A stretch of 63,709 bases of DNA, the filler included, from an uncultured Methanosarcinales archaeon (GTDB lineage: Archaea; Nanobdellota; Nanobdellia; Woesearchaeales; JAGLXL01): the NCBI GenBank assembly GCA_964472345.1. It is 3 parts of 3 records of this genome, joined end to end, with 100 filler letters (N's around TTAATTAATTAA, not from the genome) between each part and the next. Parts side by side here need not be neighbours in the genome. Positions count along the whole stretch, not along the records: positions 1 to 29,065 come from CAYYLB010000008.1; positions 29,166 to 53,689 come from CAYYLB010000009.1; 1 more part is not named here. One strand, given 5' to 3'. The translations under genes and the position numbers were made by a program. Below are positions 22,060-31,999 of this stretch, piece by piece (positions within the stretch are counted from its first letter, which is position 1; each line of letters starts with the position of its first letter). The notes under the pieces were generated by a model that saw only the letters and a list, made by a program, of their open reading frames with translations, was not told the DNA's origin and did not search any database.

Positions 22060-22155
22060 GGCGTACGGCGGTGGCGGGGGCGGCTTTATTAATTCTTCTT
22101 TATTTCATTATAGAAAATAAATATGTTTTTAAGGTTGCTGCTGCTTGTCTCTTGG

Positions 22156-23178
22156 ATGGATGCTGCAAAGAGATTTGATCTCATCAAGCGCAACACGGCT
22201 GAGATTCTCACGGAGGAGGAGCTGCAAAAGCTGCTCGCGGCGAAGAAGAGGCCTGCGGTCTACCTTGGAACCGCGATCACGGGAAAGCCCCACGTCGGCT
22301 ACTTTGTCTGGGCGCTGAAGATGGCAGATTTTCTCAGGGCGGGATTCCGCGTCAGGCTGCTGCTTGCTGACCTGCATGGTGCGCTGGACAACTGCCCGTG
22401 GGACGTGCTCGAAAAGCGCTACGCGTATTACGCTGCGGTGATCCCGCTGCTGTTCGAGGCGCTCGGCGCGCCGCTGAAGGGCATTGAGCTGGTGAAAGGC
22501 TCAAGCTTCCAGCTGTCGAAGGAGTACATGCTCGACGTCCTGAAAGCGGGCAGCCTCACCACCGTGCACGATGCGACGAAAGCTGCTTCCGAGGTCGTCA
22601 AGCTCGGCGAGCATCCGAAGCTGGGCGGCATCCTTTATCCGGTGATGCAGGCGCTCGACGAGCAGTATCTTGACGCTGACGTGCAGTACGGCGGCATCGA
22701 CCAGCGGAAAATCCTCGTGTTCGCGCGTGAGCTGCTGCCCAGGCTCGGCTACCGGCCGCGCGTCGAGCTGATGACGCCGCTCATCCCTGGGCTGATCGGG
22801 AAGAAGATGTCCGCGTCTGATGAAAAGTCAAAGATTGACCTGCTCGATGATGAAGCCGCCGTAGAGAAGAAGCTCCAGGGCGCCTACTGCGAAGAAGGCA
22901 TGGTCGAGGACAACGGAGTGCTCGCATTCCTCAAGTATGTTGTTATGGTGCTCAAGCAGGACCACGGCGGGCAGCTGGTGATCGGGCGGCCGGAGAAGTT
23001 CGGCGGGACGGTGTCGTTCGCGTCGTACGATGCGCTTGAAGAGGAGTATGCCGCGAAGAAGATCCATCCGCTGGACCTGAAGAAAGCGCTCGCAAGAGAG
23101 GTGAATGCATTGCTCGCCCCGTTCCGGAAAAAGCGCGCGGAGCTGCTGGGGCTGGCGAAGGAAGGGTATCCGGGTTAG
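22156..23178 (+). CDS. tyrS: Tyrosyl-tRNA synthetase (archaeal type)
   Basis: HVGY, YPVMQALD, GGIDQRK, KMSAS, IHPLDLK. Confidence 0.96.
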   Translation: MDAAKRFDLIKRNTAEILTEEELQKLLAAKKRPAVYLGTAITGKPHVGYFVWALKMADFLRAGFRVRLLLADLHGALDNCPWDVLEKRYAYYAAVIPLLFEALGAPLKGIELVKGSSFQLSKEYMLDVLKAGSLTTVHDATKAASEVVKLGEHPKLGGILYPVMQALDEQYLDADVQYGGIDQRKILVFARELLPRLGYRPRVELMTPLIPGLIGKKMSASDEKSKIDLLDDEAAVEKKLQGAYCEEGMVEDNGVLAFLKYVVMVLKQDHGGQLVIGRPEKFGGTVSFASYDALEEEYAAKKIHPLDLKKALAREVNALLAPFRKKRAELLGLAKEGYPG

Positions 23179-24383
23179 CGTTTCCCCTCAATCACCACCA
23201 GGCAATAATTCTTTCCGAGATATCTCTTCGCAACGCGCCGGACATCCGCGAGGCTGACCGCGCTAATCTTCCGCATGTAGCCGTCCAGGAGCCGCACATC
23301 TCCGAGCTGCTCCCAGACGACGAGCTCATCGGCACGCTTCTGGGTATCCTCATGGCCAAGGTAAAAGTCGCCTTCGATGTAGGTTTTGGCTTCCGCAAGC
23401 TCATCCGCGGTGAGCTGCTGCAGGCGCTCGAGCTGGTTGAGGATCAGCCCTGCCGCTTTTTCCTTGTTCGTGCGGCTGACATTGGCGAACGTGGCAAAGT
23501 AACCATAGTCGCTCTCCGCGACATTCTGCGTGCCCACCTCATACGCAAGCCCGTGCTTGTTTCGGACCTCATTGAACATCCAGCCGCTCTGGCCGCGGCC
23601 AAGCACGGCGTCAATCACGTCAAGCACGGAGCTGTCGGGATGCAGGCGCGGCACCGTCAGGTGGCCCAGCACAAGGTAGGTGCTCTCGCTCGGCCGCTTC
23701 TCGCGTATCCTGCGCTGCGCCTTCGGGAACGGTTCGCGCGGAAAACGCGGCAGGTGCTTCTGTCCTGGCTTTTTGGCAAACTGCTGCTCGATCAGCTGCC
23801 GGAGGTTTGGGACCGTGCCGACAACGGTCATGACCATGTTGCGCGGGACATAGTACTGCTCGAAATAGGCGCGCATGTCCGCGGCGGTGGTGCGTGCCAC
23901 GCTCGCGCGCGTGCCGTGCGTGGGGTAGCGGCTCGGATGGCGCTTGAAGAGCGTCTGCTGGAACAGGACCCACTGGTGGAACCGCGGCTCGTCGGTGGTG
24001 AGATCGATCTCCTTGAGGACGACGTTCTTTTCCCGCGCCGCATCTGATTCGCGCAGCAGCGGATTCTGCACGATATCAGCAAGAACGGCGATTGCGATGG
24101 GCGCGTGTTTCCGCAGCACCTTGGCATGGAAGCAGGTGCGGTCATTCGTCGTGTAGGCATTCATCTCGCCGCCGAGGCGCTCGATCTCATTGGCAATGGT
24201 CTTCGCGTCTGGCCGTGAAGGGGTGCCTTCAAAGACAAGGTGCTCAAGAAAATGGGTGATGCCCCTCACCCGTGCGGGCTCGCTGTTGCTGCCCACGTTG
24301 ACCAGGATCTGGATGGCGACGGAGTCCGTCGGCCGGGGCTCGTAGAGCAGCGTCATCCCGCTTTTCAGCGTCCATTTCTGCAT
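23175..24383 (-). CDS. M16 family zinc peptidase
   Basis: Inverted HXXEH (HFLEH), NAYT, R...GLAY. Confidence 0.93.
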   Translation of the reverse strand: MQKWTLKSGMTLLYEPRPTDSVAIQILVNVGSNSEPARVRGITHFLEHLVFEGTPSRPDAKTIANEIERLGGEMNAYTTNDRTCFHAKVLRKHAPIAIAVLADIVQNPLLRESDAAREKNVVLKEIDLTTDEPRFHQWVLFQQTLFKRHPSRYPTHGTRASVARTTAADMRAYFEQYYVPRNMVMTVVGTVPNLRQLIEQQFAKKPGQKHLPRFPREPFPKAQRRIREKRPSESTYLVLGHLTVPRLHPDSSVLDVIDAVLGRGQSGWMFNEVRNKHGLAYEVGTQNVAESDYGYFATFANVSRTNKEKAAGLILNQLERLQQLTADELAEAKTYIEGDFYLGHEDTQKRADELVVWEQLGDVRLLDGYMRKISAVSLADVRRVAKRYLGKNYCLVVIEGKR

Positions 24384-24389
24384 GGGAAA

Positions 24390-24570
24390 GGCTCTGTAGA
24401 AAAGTGGCCGTAGCCGTCAGCTGGAGCAGCGCCGGAGCCGCATGGCGGAGGCCTGCTCGACGGCTGACGCGCCGGGGGATGCACCCGAGCGGAGCGAGCG
24501 GTGTACCAGCAATCTGCAATTGCCCAGTACCCCATCCGGGGTGGCGCGTAGGCCACTTTTCTACTAATCT
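24390..24570. mobile_element. Shorter copy of the 19766 MITE family, right end decayed
   Basis: Left TIR GGCTCTGTAGAAAAGTGGCCGTAGC; shared internal CCGTCAGC..GAGCAGC and CTGCTCGACGGCTGAC; right CGTAGGCCACTTTTCTAC. Confidence 0.8.
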
Positions 24571-24614
24571 ATGGAACAACAACATTTTAATACTATATAA
24601 ATGTTATAGATTCC

Positions 24615-25661
24615 ATGCGGGTACGGGAATTCCAGCACTGGTTGCATGAGCACAAGGTAGCGCTCGCCCTATTCATTGTCGAGGAGCAGCCTGAGCCGAA
24701 TGTGGTGTATTTCGCTGGGCTGCCGGACATCACGCACGCCGCACTTGCCATCCCTGCGCACGGCCAGCAAAAAGTGTTTGTTTCCGCCCTGGATTACGAA
24801 GGCGTGAAGCGTAGGGGGGTGGTGCTGGCGCGGGGGGCGCTGCTTGACGCAGTGAAGAAGCACGCCGCACAGCGTCGGATCGGGGTCGATTTCTCGCGGC
24901 TGCCGCTGCAGCTTGCTCACCGGCTGCAGGAATGGGGCTGTGAGCTGGTTGATGTCCGGGCAGCGGTCGGGAAGCTGCGGGCAGTCAAGACACGCCAGGA
25001 AGCGGCATTGTTGCGCAAGGCTGCGCGGATCGCCGATGAATCATTTTTATCCCTGATGGAGGATTTCCATTTCACGACGGAAGCGGAGGTGCGCGCTGCG
25101 CTCGAGCATGCAATGGCTGTGCGCGGCGCAGCGGCGGCATTCTCCACCATCGTGGCTTCCGGGAAAAACGCAGCCGTTCCCCATCACAGGACCAGCGATC
25201 AGAAGCTGCAGCGGGGCTTTTGCGTGATCGATTTTGGCGCGGTGTACCATGGCTACCGCTCGGACTGCACGCGGACGGTTTTCATCGGCAAGCCGGCGCC
25301 GCAGGAAAAGCAGCTGTATCAGCGCGTGCTGCGGGCGCAGGAGCGGGGGCTGCACGCGGTCCGCGCCGGCGCGCGATGCAGCGATGTTGATCGGTCCGCG
25401 CGGAAGGCGCTTGGCCCATATCAGCGGTATTTCACTCACAGCCTGGGCCATGGGATCGGCGTCGAGGTGCACGAGGCGCCGCATGTTGGAGCGAAAAGCA
25501 CGGAGACGCTGCAGAGAGGGATGGTGGTGACCGTCGAGCCGGGCATTTATCTGCCGGGCAGGCTCGGCATCCGTATCGAGGACACGGTGGCGGTCGGCAG
25601 GCGCGCGGAGCTGCTGACCTCGCTGCCAAAGGAGCTGATGGTTTTTCCGCTGCGCCGGTGA
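24615..25661 (+). CDS. pepP: Xaa-Pro aminopeptidase (M24B)
   Basis: PHH, IDFG, SDCTRT, HSLGHGIG..VHE, EPGIY, GIRIED. Confidence 0.93.
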   Translation: MRVREFQHWLHEHKVALALFIVEEQPEPNVVYFAGLPDITHAALAIPAHGQQKVFVSALDYEGVKRRGVVLARGALLDAVKKHAAQRRIGVDFSRLPLQLAHRLQEWGCELVDVRAAVGKLRAVKTRQEAALLRKAARIADESFLSLMEDFHFTTEAEVRAALEHAMAVRGAAAAFSTIVASGKNAAVPHHRTSDQKLQRGFCVIDFGAVYHGYRSDCTRTVFIGKPAPQEKQLYQRVLRAQERGLHAVRAGARCSDVDRSARKALGPYQRYFTHSLGHGIGVEVHEAPHVGAKSTETLQRGMVVTVEPGIYLPGRLGIRIEDTVAVGRRAELLTSLPKELMVFPLRR

Positions 25662-25666
25662 GAAGC
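25629..25666 (+). repeat. 38-bp direct repeat (pepP 3' end), copy 1
   Basis: Identical to 26885-26922. Confidence 0.97.
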
Positions 25667-25763
25667 GGCAATGGCAGACCCATTGATGACATCAGCCAGG
25701 ATTTCGAAGGTGCTCAACAGTACCGAAAGATTTATTAACTGATAGTTAACAGTTATTAACCAA

Positions 25764-26363
25764 ATGGTAAATAGAGATTTAACCGCTAAAAAGGTAATGC
25801 TCCATATACTTAGAGATTTTTCTGGTACACATACCATAACATCGTTAGCGAAAGAGTTAGATCTAAGCCGTGTTGGTATCTGGAAAATTCTTAAAAAGTT
25901 AGAGGATACTAACTATATTCTCCTAAAGGCGGTTGGAACGGGTAAAACAAGCGCTTCTCTAACAACGTTGAACTGGGAGAATCCGCTTGTTGAAAAATTG
26001 TTATCATTCTATCTAACTGAAGAAGCTCTAAAGCAGAAGCGGTGGCAGGCTAATTTTGTGGATTTAGAGAGGATAACTGATTTTGTAATTCTCTATGGCA
26101 GTATCCTGCATTCCCCCCAGGAGGCAAATGATATTGATATTTTAGGAATCGCTTCTAAGAAGAACCTGATCAAAATACAGGATGTTCTTGATACGGTCCA
26201 GAAAACACAATCAAAAAAAATTCATTCCATCAATTTTACCGCAGATGAATTTAAGGCGGAAATCAAAAAGCAAAATAAAGCTTTTAGAGATGCAGTTAAA
26301 AAAGGGGTTATCCTATTTGGGCAGGAGAAATTTGTTAAATTTATGAGAGGAATCGTAAAATGA
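25764..26363 (+). CDS. wHTH-nucleotidyltransferase (MNT antitoxin-like)
   Basis: N-terminal HTH (ITSLAKELDLSRVGIWKILKKLE); ILYGS..ANDIDIL; AT-rich. Confidence 0.85.
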   Translation: MVNRDLTAKKVMLHILRDFSGTHTITSLAKELDLSRVGIWKILKKLEDTNYILLKAVGTGKTSASLTTLNWENPLVEKLLSFYLTEEALKQKRWQANFVDLERITDFVILYGSILHSPQEANDIDILGIASKKNLIKIQDVLDTVQKTQSKKIHSINFTADEFKAEIKKQNKAFRDAVKKGVILFGQEKFVKFMRGIVK

Positions 26364-26917
26364 CAATCAAACCAAAAATCTTTGAGTGCTTTTCCAGCGC
26401 AAAGAAAGACGAAGAAAAAGGGAAGAAACACAAAGGCCTGCTTTTTGTCGGTAAAGACGATACAAAGGCCGAGGAATACATCCAGAAAGCAAAAGTAAAT
26501 TTACAGTTGTGTGAACTCTACAAAAAGGAACGTATGGATTATAAAATTCCAGAGGAATGGTTCTATTCTCAATACTATTGTGCTCTGGCTATTCTTGCAA
26601 AGTTTGGTGTTGAGAGCAGAAGCCAAAAATGTACTGCTCTGTTTTTGCGCTATGTCAAAGATAGAAGCTTGATTGAGTACGATGACGAATTTATCAATAG
26701 GATCATGGTGTACAGAGAAAAAGGGGAGGAAACCGATGTTGATGAGCGAGAGAAAGCACGCTATGGTTCTTCTGTTCAGAGTGTGGAGATCATGCAGAAG
26801 TACGGTGGGATGATGGACGTTTGCAGGCGATGTATCTCTGCTTGCGAAGAGATTGTGTTCTCGGAGAAGGAGCTTGAAGTACCGAAGGAGCTGATGGTTT
26901 TTCCGCTGCGCCGGTGA
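26360..26917 (+). CDS. HEPN domain protein
   Basis: KAK.NL, FYSQYY, REKARYG; ends in PKELMVFPLRR shared with PepP. Confidence 0.75.
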   Translation: MTIKPKIFECFSSAKKDEEKGKKHKGLLFVGKDDTKAEEYIQKAKVNLQLCELYKKERMDYKIPEEWFYSQYYCALAILAKFGVESRSQKCTALFLRYVKDRSLIEYDDEFINRIMVYREKGEETDVDEREKARYGSSVQSVEIMQKYGGMMDVCRRCISACEEIVFSEKELEVPKELMVFPLRR

Positions 26918-26922
26918 GAAGC
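26885..26922 (+). repeat. 38-bp direct repeat, copy 2
   Basis: Identical to 25629-25666. Confidence 0.97.
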
Positions 26923-27048
26923 AGGCCCCTCGTGACCAACACTCCCCGGTCATCTGCCCCTTTACATTCATAATATGTCAAAAACCGCCGGTCAGTAGAC
27001 CAGCGGCATGCCGTTTGCGGACGGCATGCGGAGTTTTTGAGCACACTG

Positions 27049-27097
27049 GTTTTCCACCGGTGAAAACACCGGTGGAAAACGCAGTGTTTATAAACAC
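27049..27097. promoter_or_regulatory. Palindromic operator-like site and TATA box of pan
   Basis: GTTTTCCACCGGTG-AAAA-CACCGGTGGAAAAC followed by GTGTTTATAAACAC. Confidence 0.55.
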
Positions 27098-27117
27098 CCC
27101 TTCTTTTTTGCATCGGC

Positions 27118-28260
27118 ATGAAAACCCAGGAGCAGCTCGACAAGGTCATCTACTCCTACAGCACGGAAACGACGCAGCTCGAGGAGGAGAACCGCGTGCT
27201 GCGCGAGACGGTGTCGCGGCTGGACGAGGAGCTGCAGCGCATCAAGGCCCCCGCGCTGATGGTGTGCGAGGTGCAGGCGCTGACCGGAAAGCAGCAGGCC
27301 ATCATCCGCATCCCGAACGGGAACCGTTTCCTGTGCCAGGTCGCGAGCGATTGCGGGGAATTGCACGCCGGCGATCAGGTGCTCGTGGAGCAGAAGAACC
27401 TCAACATCGTGAAGAAGATCCAGCTCTCCAAGAAGTTCAACGTCGAGAAGTTTGTGATCATCGAGAAGCCGACGGAGACATGGCAGGATGTCGGCGGCTT
27501 GCAGCACGTGGTGCAGGAAGTGAAGGAAGTGATTGAGCTGCCGCTGCTGAAGCCTGCGCTCTTCGAGAAGATCGGCATCAAGCCGCCCAAGGGCATTCTG
27601 CTCTATGGTGAGCCGGGCACCGGCAAGACGCTCGTGGCGAAGGCGGTCGCGAGCAGCACCAAGGCGACGTTCATCCATGTTTCCGGCAGTGAGCTCGTGC
27701 AGAAGTTCATCGGCGAGGGCGCGAAGCTCGTGAAGGAGATCTTCGATATGGCGCGGCAGAAGGCGCCTGCCATTGTGTTCATCGACGAGCTTGACGCACT
27801 GGCGGCGAAGCGCATTGAGATCGGCACGTCGGGGGAGCGGGAAGTGAACCGCACCTTCATGCAGCTGCTCGCCGAAATCGACGGCTTTAAGCCGCTGGAC
27901 AACGTCAAGGTCATCGGCGCGACCAACCGGAAGGACATCCTCGATTCCGCGGTGCTGCGCCCGGGCCGGCTTGACCGGCTGATCCATGTCGATGCGCCGG
28001 ACGCAGAGGGGCGGACGGAGATCCTGAAAATCCACCTGCGCGGGATGCGTGTGGCGAAGCAGCTTGATCTTGATGACCTCACCGAGCGCATGGACGGCTT
28101 CAGCGGCGCGGAGATACGGGCTGCGGTGACCGAGGCAGGCTACTTCGCCATCCGCGCCAACCGCTCTGCCGCCATCAAGCAGGACTTCTTCAGCGCGATC
28201 GAGAAGGTGCGCCGCAGCGAGGAAGAGGAAGGGGAAGATTATATCGGGATGTTTGGGTAG
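27118..28260 (+). CDS. pan: Proteasome-activating nucleotidase
   Basis: Coiled coil plus OB domain plus AAA (GEPGTGKT, KFIGEG, GEREVNRT), C-terminal MFG. Confidence 0.95.
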   Translation: MKTQEQLDKVIYSYSTETTQLEEENRVLRETVSRLDEELQRIKAPALMVCEVQALTGKQQAIIRIPNGNRFLCQVASDCGELHAGDQVLVEQKNLNIVKKIQLSKKFNVEKFVIIEKPTETWQDVGGLQHVVQEVKEVIELPLLKPALFEKIGIKPPKGILLYGEPGTGKTLVAKAVASSTKATFIHVSGSELVQKFIGEGAKLVKEIFDMARQKAPAIVFIDELDALAAKRIEIGTSGEREVNRTFMQLLAEIDGFKPLDNVKVIGATNRKDILDSAVLRPGRLDRLIHVDAPDAEGRTEILKIHLRGMRVAKQLDLDDLTERMDGFSGAEIRAAVTEAGYFAIRANRSAAIKQDFFSAIEKVRRSEEEEGEDYIGMFG

Positions 28261-28512
28261 CCCGTTTCTTTCCGCTTCTCCGCAGCTTGCGAGGCCTTGC
28301 CAGGCGCTTTTTTTCTTCAGCCTCTGGGGTTTTCTTTTACTCCAGTGGTTTGCCAGAAGGCAGGTATCCCCCGGCTGAACCGCCTGCCTCGTTTCTATTG
28401 CGTTAAACGGGTTGTTAAGTAAATTTTTGCGCTACTTTCTCAACGATAAAAGCGAGCCTCAACCTCTTTACGGGGTCGCCTTCGTTTAGTGCGCGGCTGC
28501 GCAAGAACCGTA

Positions 28513-28546
28513 CGGGCTGAGCGAAGCGAATCCCGCAGTAGTTCAC
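28513..28546. repeat. REP-like repeat, copy 2
   Basis: 31/34 identical to 1241-1274. Confidence 0.7.
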
Positions 28547-28640
28547 TTGACAGAATTGAAGTTTATGTTAGACGATAATCACCAAAATAGCCGATTATAA
28601 TCGATAATTTTATAAAGAAGCACAGATTATAATCGTTAAA

Positions 28641-29065
28641 ATGGAACCACAACTCCAAATTGCGCTTGAAAAACAAAACCATTGGTGGTTTAAGAAACCA
28701 TACGACACAGGTATTTCTCGACTTAATTATTATTCCCAGCTTCAGAAATATTTGAACACGCCGGAAATCCTTCTTTTACTTGGTGCCAGAAGAACAGGGA
28801 AATCCACTCTCCTCTATCAGTTAATATCTACATTAAAAGTAAGTCCTGAAGCCATATTATTTATTAATTTAGATGAGCCTTTGTTTCAAAGCAAAGCAGA
28901 TGATCCAGCATTTCTCAGTAATTTAATAGAAGAATATCTTTTACAGCATAAAGACATACAAAAATATTATATTTTTATAGACGAAGTTCAGAATTATAAA
29001 TATTGGGTGCAAACTATAAAGACCCTTCACGATGTTAATAAACAACTTAAGTTTATTTTAACCGG
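28641..29065 (+). CDS. AAA_14/DUF4143-type ATPase, truncated by gap
   Basis: GARRTGKST, FIDEVQ, ILTG; palindromes GATTATAATC flank its TATA box. Confidence 0.85.
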
Positions 29066-29164
29066 NNNNNNNNNNNNNNNNNNNNNNNNNNNNNNNNNNN
29101 NNNNNNNNNTTAATTAATTAANNNNNNNNNNNNNNNNNNNNNNNNNNNNNNNNNNNNNNNNNNN
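29066..29164. other. Artificial contig join
   Basis: N run containing TTAATTAATTAA (stops in all frames). Confidence 0.95.
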
Positions 29165-29244
29165 NTATCTTTGATGAGTGTAGCAAAACGATTAATTAAA
29201 TTAGCTTCGCCTTCATTGGTAATAAAAGAAAGATTATTATTCAC
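29165..29244 (-). CDS. 5' fragment of a probable PLD-SNF2 helicase (restriction-modification associated)
   Basis: MNNNLSFITNEGEANLINRFATLIKD resembles the N-terminus of that family; only 26 aa visible. Confidence 0.4.
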
Positions 29245-29390
29245 TTTTCCCGCCCCCTCTTCCTTAACTCCCCTTCTATAAATTTCTCAAACTGACGAGA
29301 AACAATCCATCCTTCTTCTTTACATAATGCTCTGTATCTACCATACAGCTTAGAAGTAACTTTTAGGGTTATATTCTTGCTTTCATCCAT
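29241..29390 (-). CDS. Small ribbon-helix-helix-like protein (49 aa)
   Basis: MDESKNITLKVTSKLYGRYRALCKEEGWIVSRQFEKFIE; GTGA overlap with the next gene. Confidence 0.65.
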   Translation of the reverse strand: MDESKNITLKVTSKLYGRYRALCKEEGWIVSRQFEKFIEGELRKRGREK

Positions 29391-29516
29391 TGAAATTCCC
29401 CCCTTCTTGATAAATAACCCTAAATAGTTATAAATATTGCTATTCTACCGCTTTCTCGTCCCTCACCACCTGAATTCACGGAATCCTCTCCAAGACCAAC
29501 CCTCTTTTTGTGAAGG

Positions 29517-30410
29517 TCAGCCCAGCGCAACCATCCCCGCCCCCACCACCCCTGCGTGCTCCCCGAGCTTCCCTTTGACGATGGTGATGCGCCTGCCCAC
29601 GGCGAGCCGCTTCGCGAGCCGGTTGAGCTGCGCGACGGGAACGGAGCTGCTCATGCCTCCGCCGAGGACAATCACATCAGGATCGAGGAGGTTCTGCAGG
29701 TTCGCGAGGCCGAGCGCGAGCTTCTCCATCGTCTGTCGCTTGATGCGCTGCGCGATGCGCTCCCGGGAATGGAAGATCTGTGCAGGATCGGGATTGAGCA
29801 TTCTCCCGCCAGCGCAACGGTAGTGCCGCGTGACGTTCGGGCCGGCGCACCAGCTTTCAAGATCCCCCTTGTTGCCGCAGGCGCAGCGGATGCCTGCCGG
29901 ATCTATGATCATGTGCCCGACCTCCATGGCAAAGCTGCCGCTCCCGTTGCCGAAGCCGCTGCCGTGGTACAGCTTTCCGTCGAGCACGAGCCCTCCGCCG
30001 ATGCCGGTGCCGAGCGTCACGCCGGCCATAGTTGTTGTGCCTTTTCCTGCGCCGAAGAGAAACTCGCCGAGCGCAAAGCAGTTCGCATCATTTTCGATGA
30101 CGAGCGGGCGATGCAGTGCGCGCTGGAGCAGCTTTTTGAGATGAACACCCTGCAGCCGCTGAATGTTGGGCATGAAGCGGACAATCCCGCCGGTAACGAC
30201 ACCGGGGACGCCGATGCCCACCCCGACAGGCACCAGCCCGGCCGTTTCCTGCTTGACTGCCTGAATGACGCTGATGATTCTCGCAACGATCTCCGGGGCA
30301 TGCTGCGCTGCTGTCGGGACGCTGGCGCGCACCAGAACCCGGCCCGAACTGCTCACTGCTCCGGCTCTGATGTTCGTCCCGCCAATGTCAACGCCGATGG
30401 CGCATTTCAT
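29517..30410 (-). CDS. ROK family sugar kinase
   Basis: GVDIGGT, ENDANC.ALGE, GTGIGGG, EVGH, CACG. Confidence 0.93.
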   Translation of the reverse strand: MKCAIGVDIGGTNIRAGAVSSSGRVLVRASVPTAAQHAPEIVARIISVIQAVKQETAGLVPVGVGIGVPGVVTGGIVRFMPNIQRLQGVHLKKLLQRALHRPLVIENDANCFALGEFLFGAGKGTTTMAGVTLGTGIGGGLVLDGKLYHGSGFGNGSGSFAMEVGHMIIDPAGIRCACGNKGDLESWCAGPNVTRHYRCAGGRMLNPDPAQIFHSRERIAQRIKRQTMEKLALGLANLQNLLDPDVIVLGGGMSSSVPVAQLNRLAKRLAVGRRITIVKGKLGEHAGVVGAGMVALG

Positions 30411-30465
30411 CTGATGTTCTTTCACCTCAGGCAGCTTTATAAGAATTGTGCTTCTGCCCATGCTC

Positions 30466-31585
30466 ATGTATCACATCAAGCAGCAGCCGGAAGACTTTGT
30501 CGTCACCGAGCTGACGTCCGTCACACCCCAGGCCGCTGGCGGGTACTGCTACTTCTGGCTCGGGAAGAGGGATCGTACGACGCTCGATGCGCTCCGCGCC
30601 GTTGCGGCTGCGCTCCGCATCCCTGCAAAATCGCTCGGCTACGCGGGCAACAAAGACCGGCGCGCGGTGACGAGGCAGCTGTGCTCCGCGTTTCATGTGA
30701 GCAGGGAGCGGCTTGAGCGCGTCACGCCCGACGGCATCAGGCTGGAGTTTTACGGCTATGGTGATGCGCCGGTTTCGCTCGGGGATCTTGCCGGCAACTC
30801 GTTCGTGGTCACGGTGCGGAATCTGGATGAGGCGATGGTGCGAAGTTTCGGCGATGTCGGGGCAGGGAAGCGTGCCGGCCCTGCGGAGACGCGGATGCCG
30901 GCTGGCGCTGTACAGGCCCGGGCCGGAGCGCTGCAGGTCATCAACTACTTCGACGAGCAGCGGTTTTCGGATTCGAACATCCGCGTGGGGAAGCTGCTGG
31001 TGCTGAAGCAGTTCAAGGAGGCTGTTGCGCTGCTGATGCAGCACGGGCAGGAAGGCGCGCTGCTGGAGAAGCATCTCCACGCCCATCCGCATGAGTATGT
31101 CGGGGCGCTGCGGCTGCTGCCGAGGAAGATCCTGCTGCTGCTCGTGCACAGCTACCAGAGCTGGCTGTTCAACGAGACCGCTGCGGCACTTGTCCGGCGC
31201 AGTGCACAAGCGACCATCGAAGTCCCCTACCGGTTCGGGACGTTCGTGTTCCCGCTCGAGCCGGTGCGGAGCGTCACGGTCCCCGTGCCCGGCTTCGGGA
31301 CGGAATTCGACGGCTCCGCTGCCGCAGGGATCGTGCAGGCGCTGCTGGTGAAGGAAGGGATCACGCTGCGCGACTTCATCATCCGGCAGCTTCCGGAAGC
31401 CGCTGCGGAAGGGAGCAGCCGTGCGCTTGCGGTTGATGTCGGGGATCTGCGTGCTGTGGCGGATGATGACGAGCTGAATGCCGGCAGGAAGAAGGCAACG
31501 CTCTCATTCACGCTGNNNNNNNNNNCTGCCGAAGGGGAGCTATGCGACGGTGGCGGTGAAAAGCTTGCTTAATGCTCGGCCTTGA
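30466..31585 (+). CDS. truD: tRNA pseudouridine(13) synthase TruD
   Basis: PEDFVVTE, YAGNKDRRAVTRQ, NYFDEQRF, SYQS.LFN; LPKGSYAT resumes after the 10-N gap. Confidence 0.93.
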
Positions 31586-31895
31586 CCAGAATCTTCTGCT
31601 CAATTTTGCCAAGCTGCTGGAGAAGCAAGCTGTCATAGAGTGCTATGATCTGCTTTGCGGTTGTATTTCCGCGATTTATCTTGTAGAGTGTTGCCCTGCC
31701 AATCTTCCGTGTTTTTACAATGATGCCAAGCTCCCACAGCTTTGGTATAAGCTGATTTAATGTCCCCCAGCTCACGCCTGCGTTGAGCAGATCGGTGAGT
31801 GTGTAGTCGAAGTCGCGCCCTTCAATGAGATGCTGGAGCACCCTCATTCGTGGCGAGTCACCTACATGTTCTAGGAAGATAGATTCTTCAGCCAT
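31569..31895 (-). CDS. wHTH protein (antitoxin/regulator-like)
   Basis: GDSP..RVL, VSWGTL, TRKIGRA.LY.IN. Confidence 0.8.
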   Translation of the reverse strand: MAEESIFLEHVGDSPRMRVLQHLIEGRDFDYTLTDLLNAGVSWGTLNQLIPKLWELGIIVKTRKIGRATLYKINRGNTTAKQIIALYDSLLLQQLGKIEQKILVKAEH

Positions 31896-31999
31896 ACCTC
31901 AATAAGTGATTTACTCATATTTAAATCTTTCGTAATTATATATCAATATACAAAGATAGAAGGAAAGCTTTATGACCTATTTTCGTTTCTTGGTCTGTT

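Noticed and set aside
29066..29164. TTAATTAATTAA palindrome inside N runs (also 53734-53745)
   Set aside because: Assembly linker with stops in all frames; not biological
31516..31525. Apparent frameshift at the truD 3' end
   Set aside because: Caused by a 10-N placeholder flanked by a repeated CTG; LPKGSYAT resumes immediately
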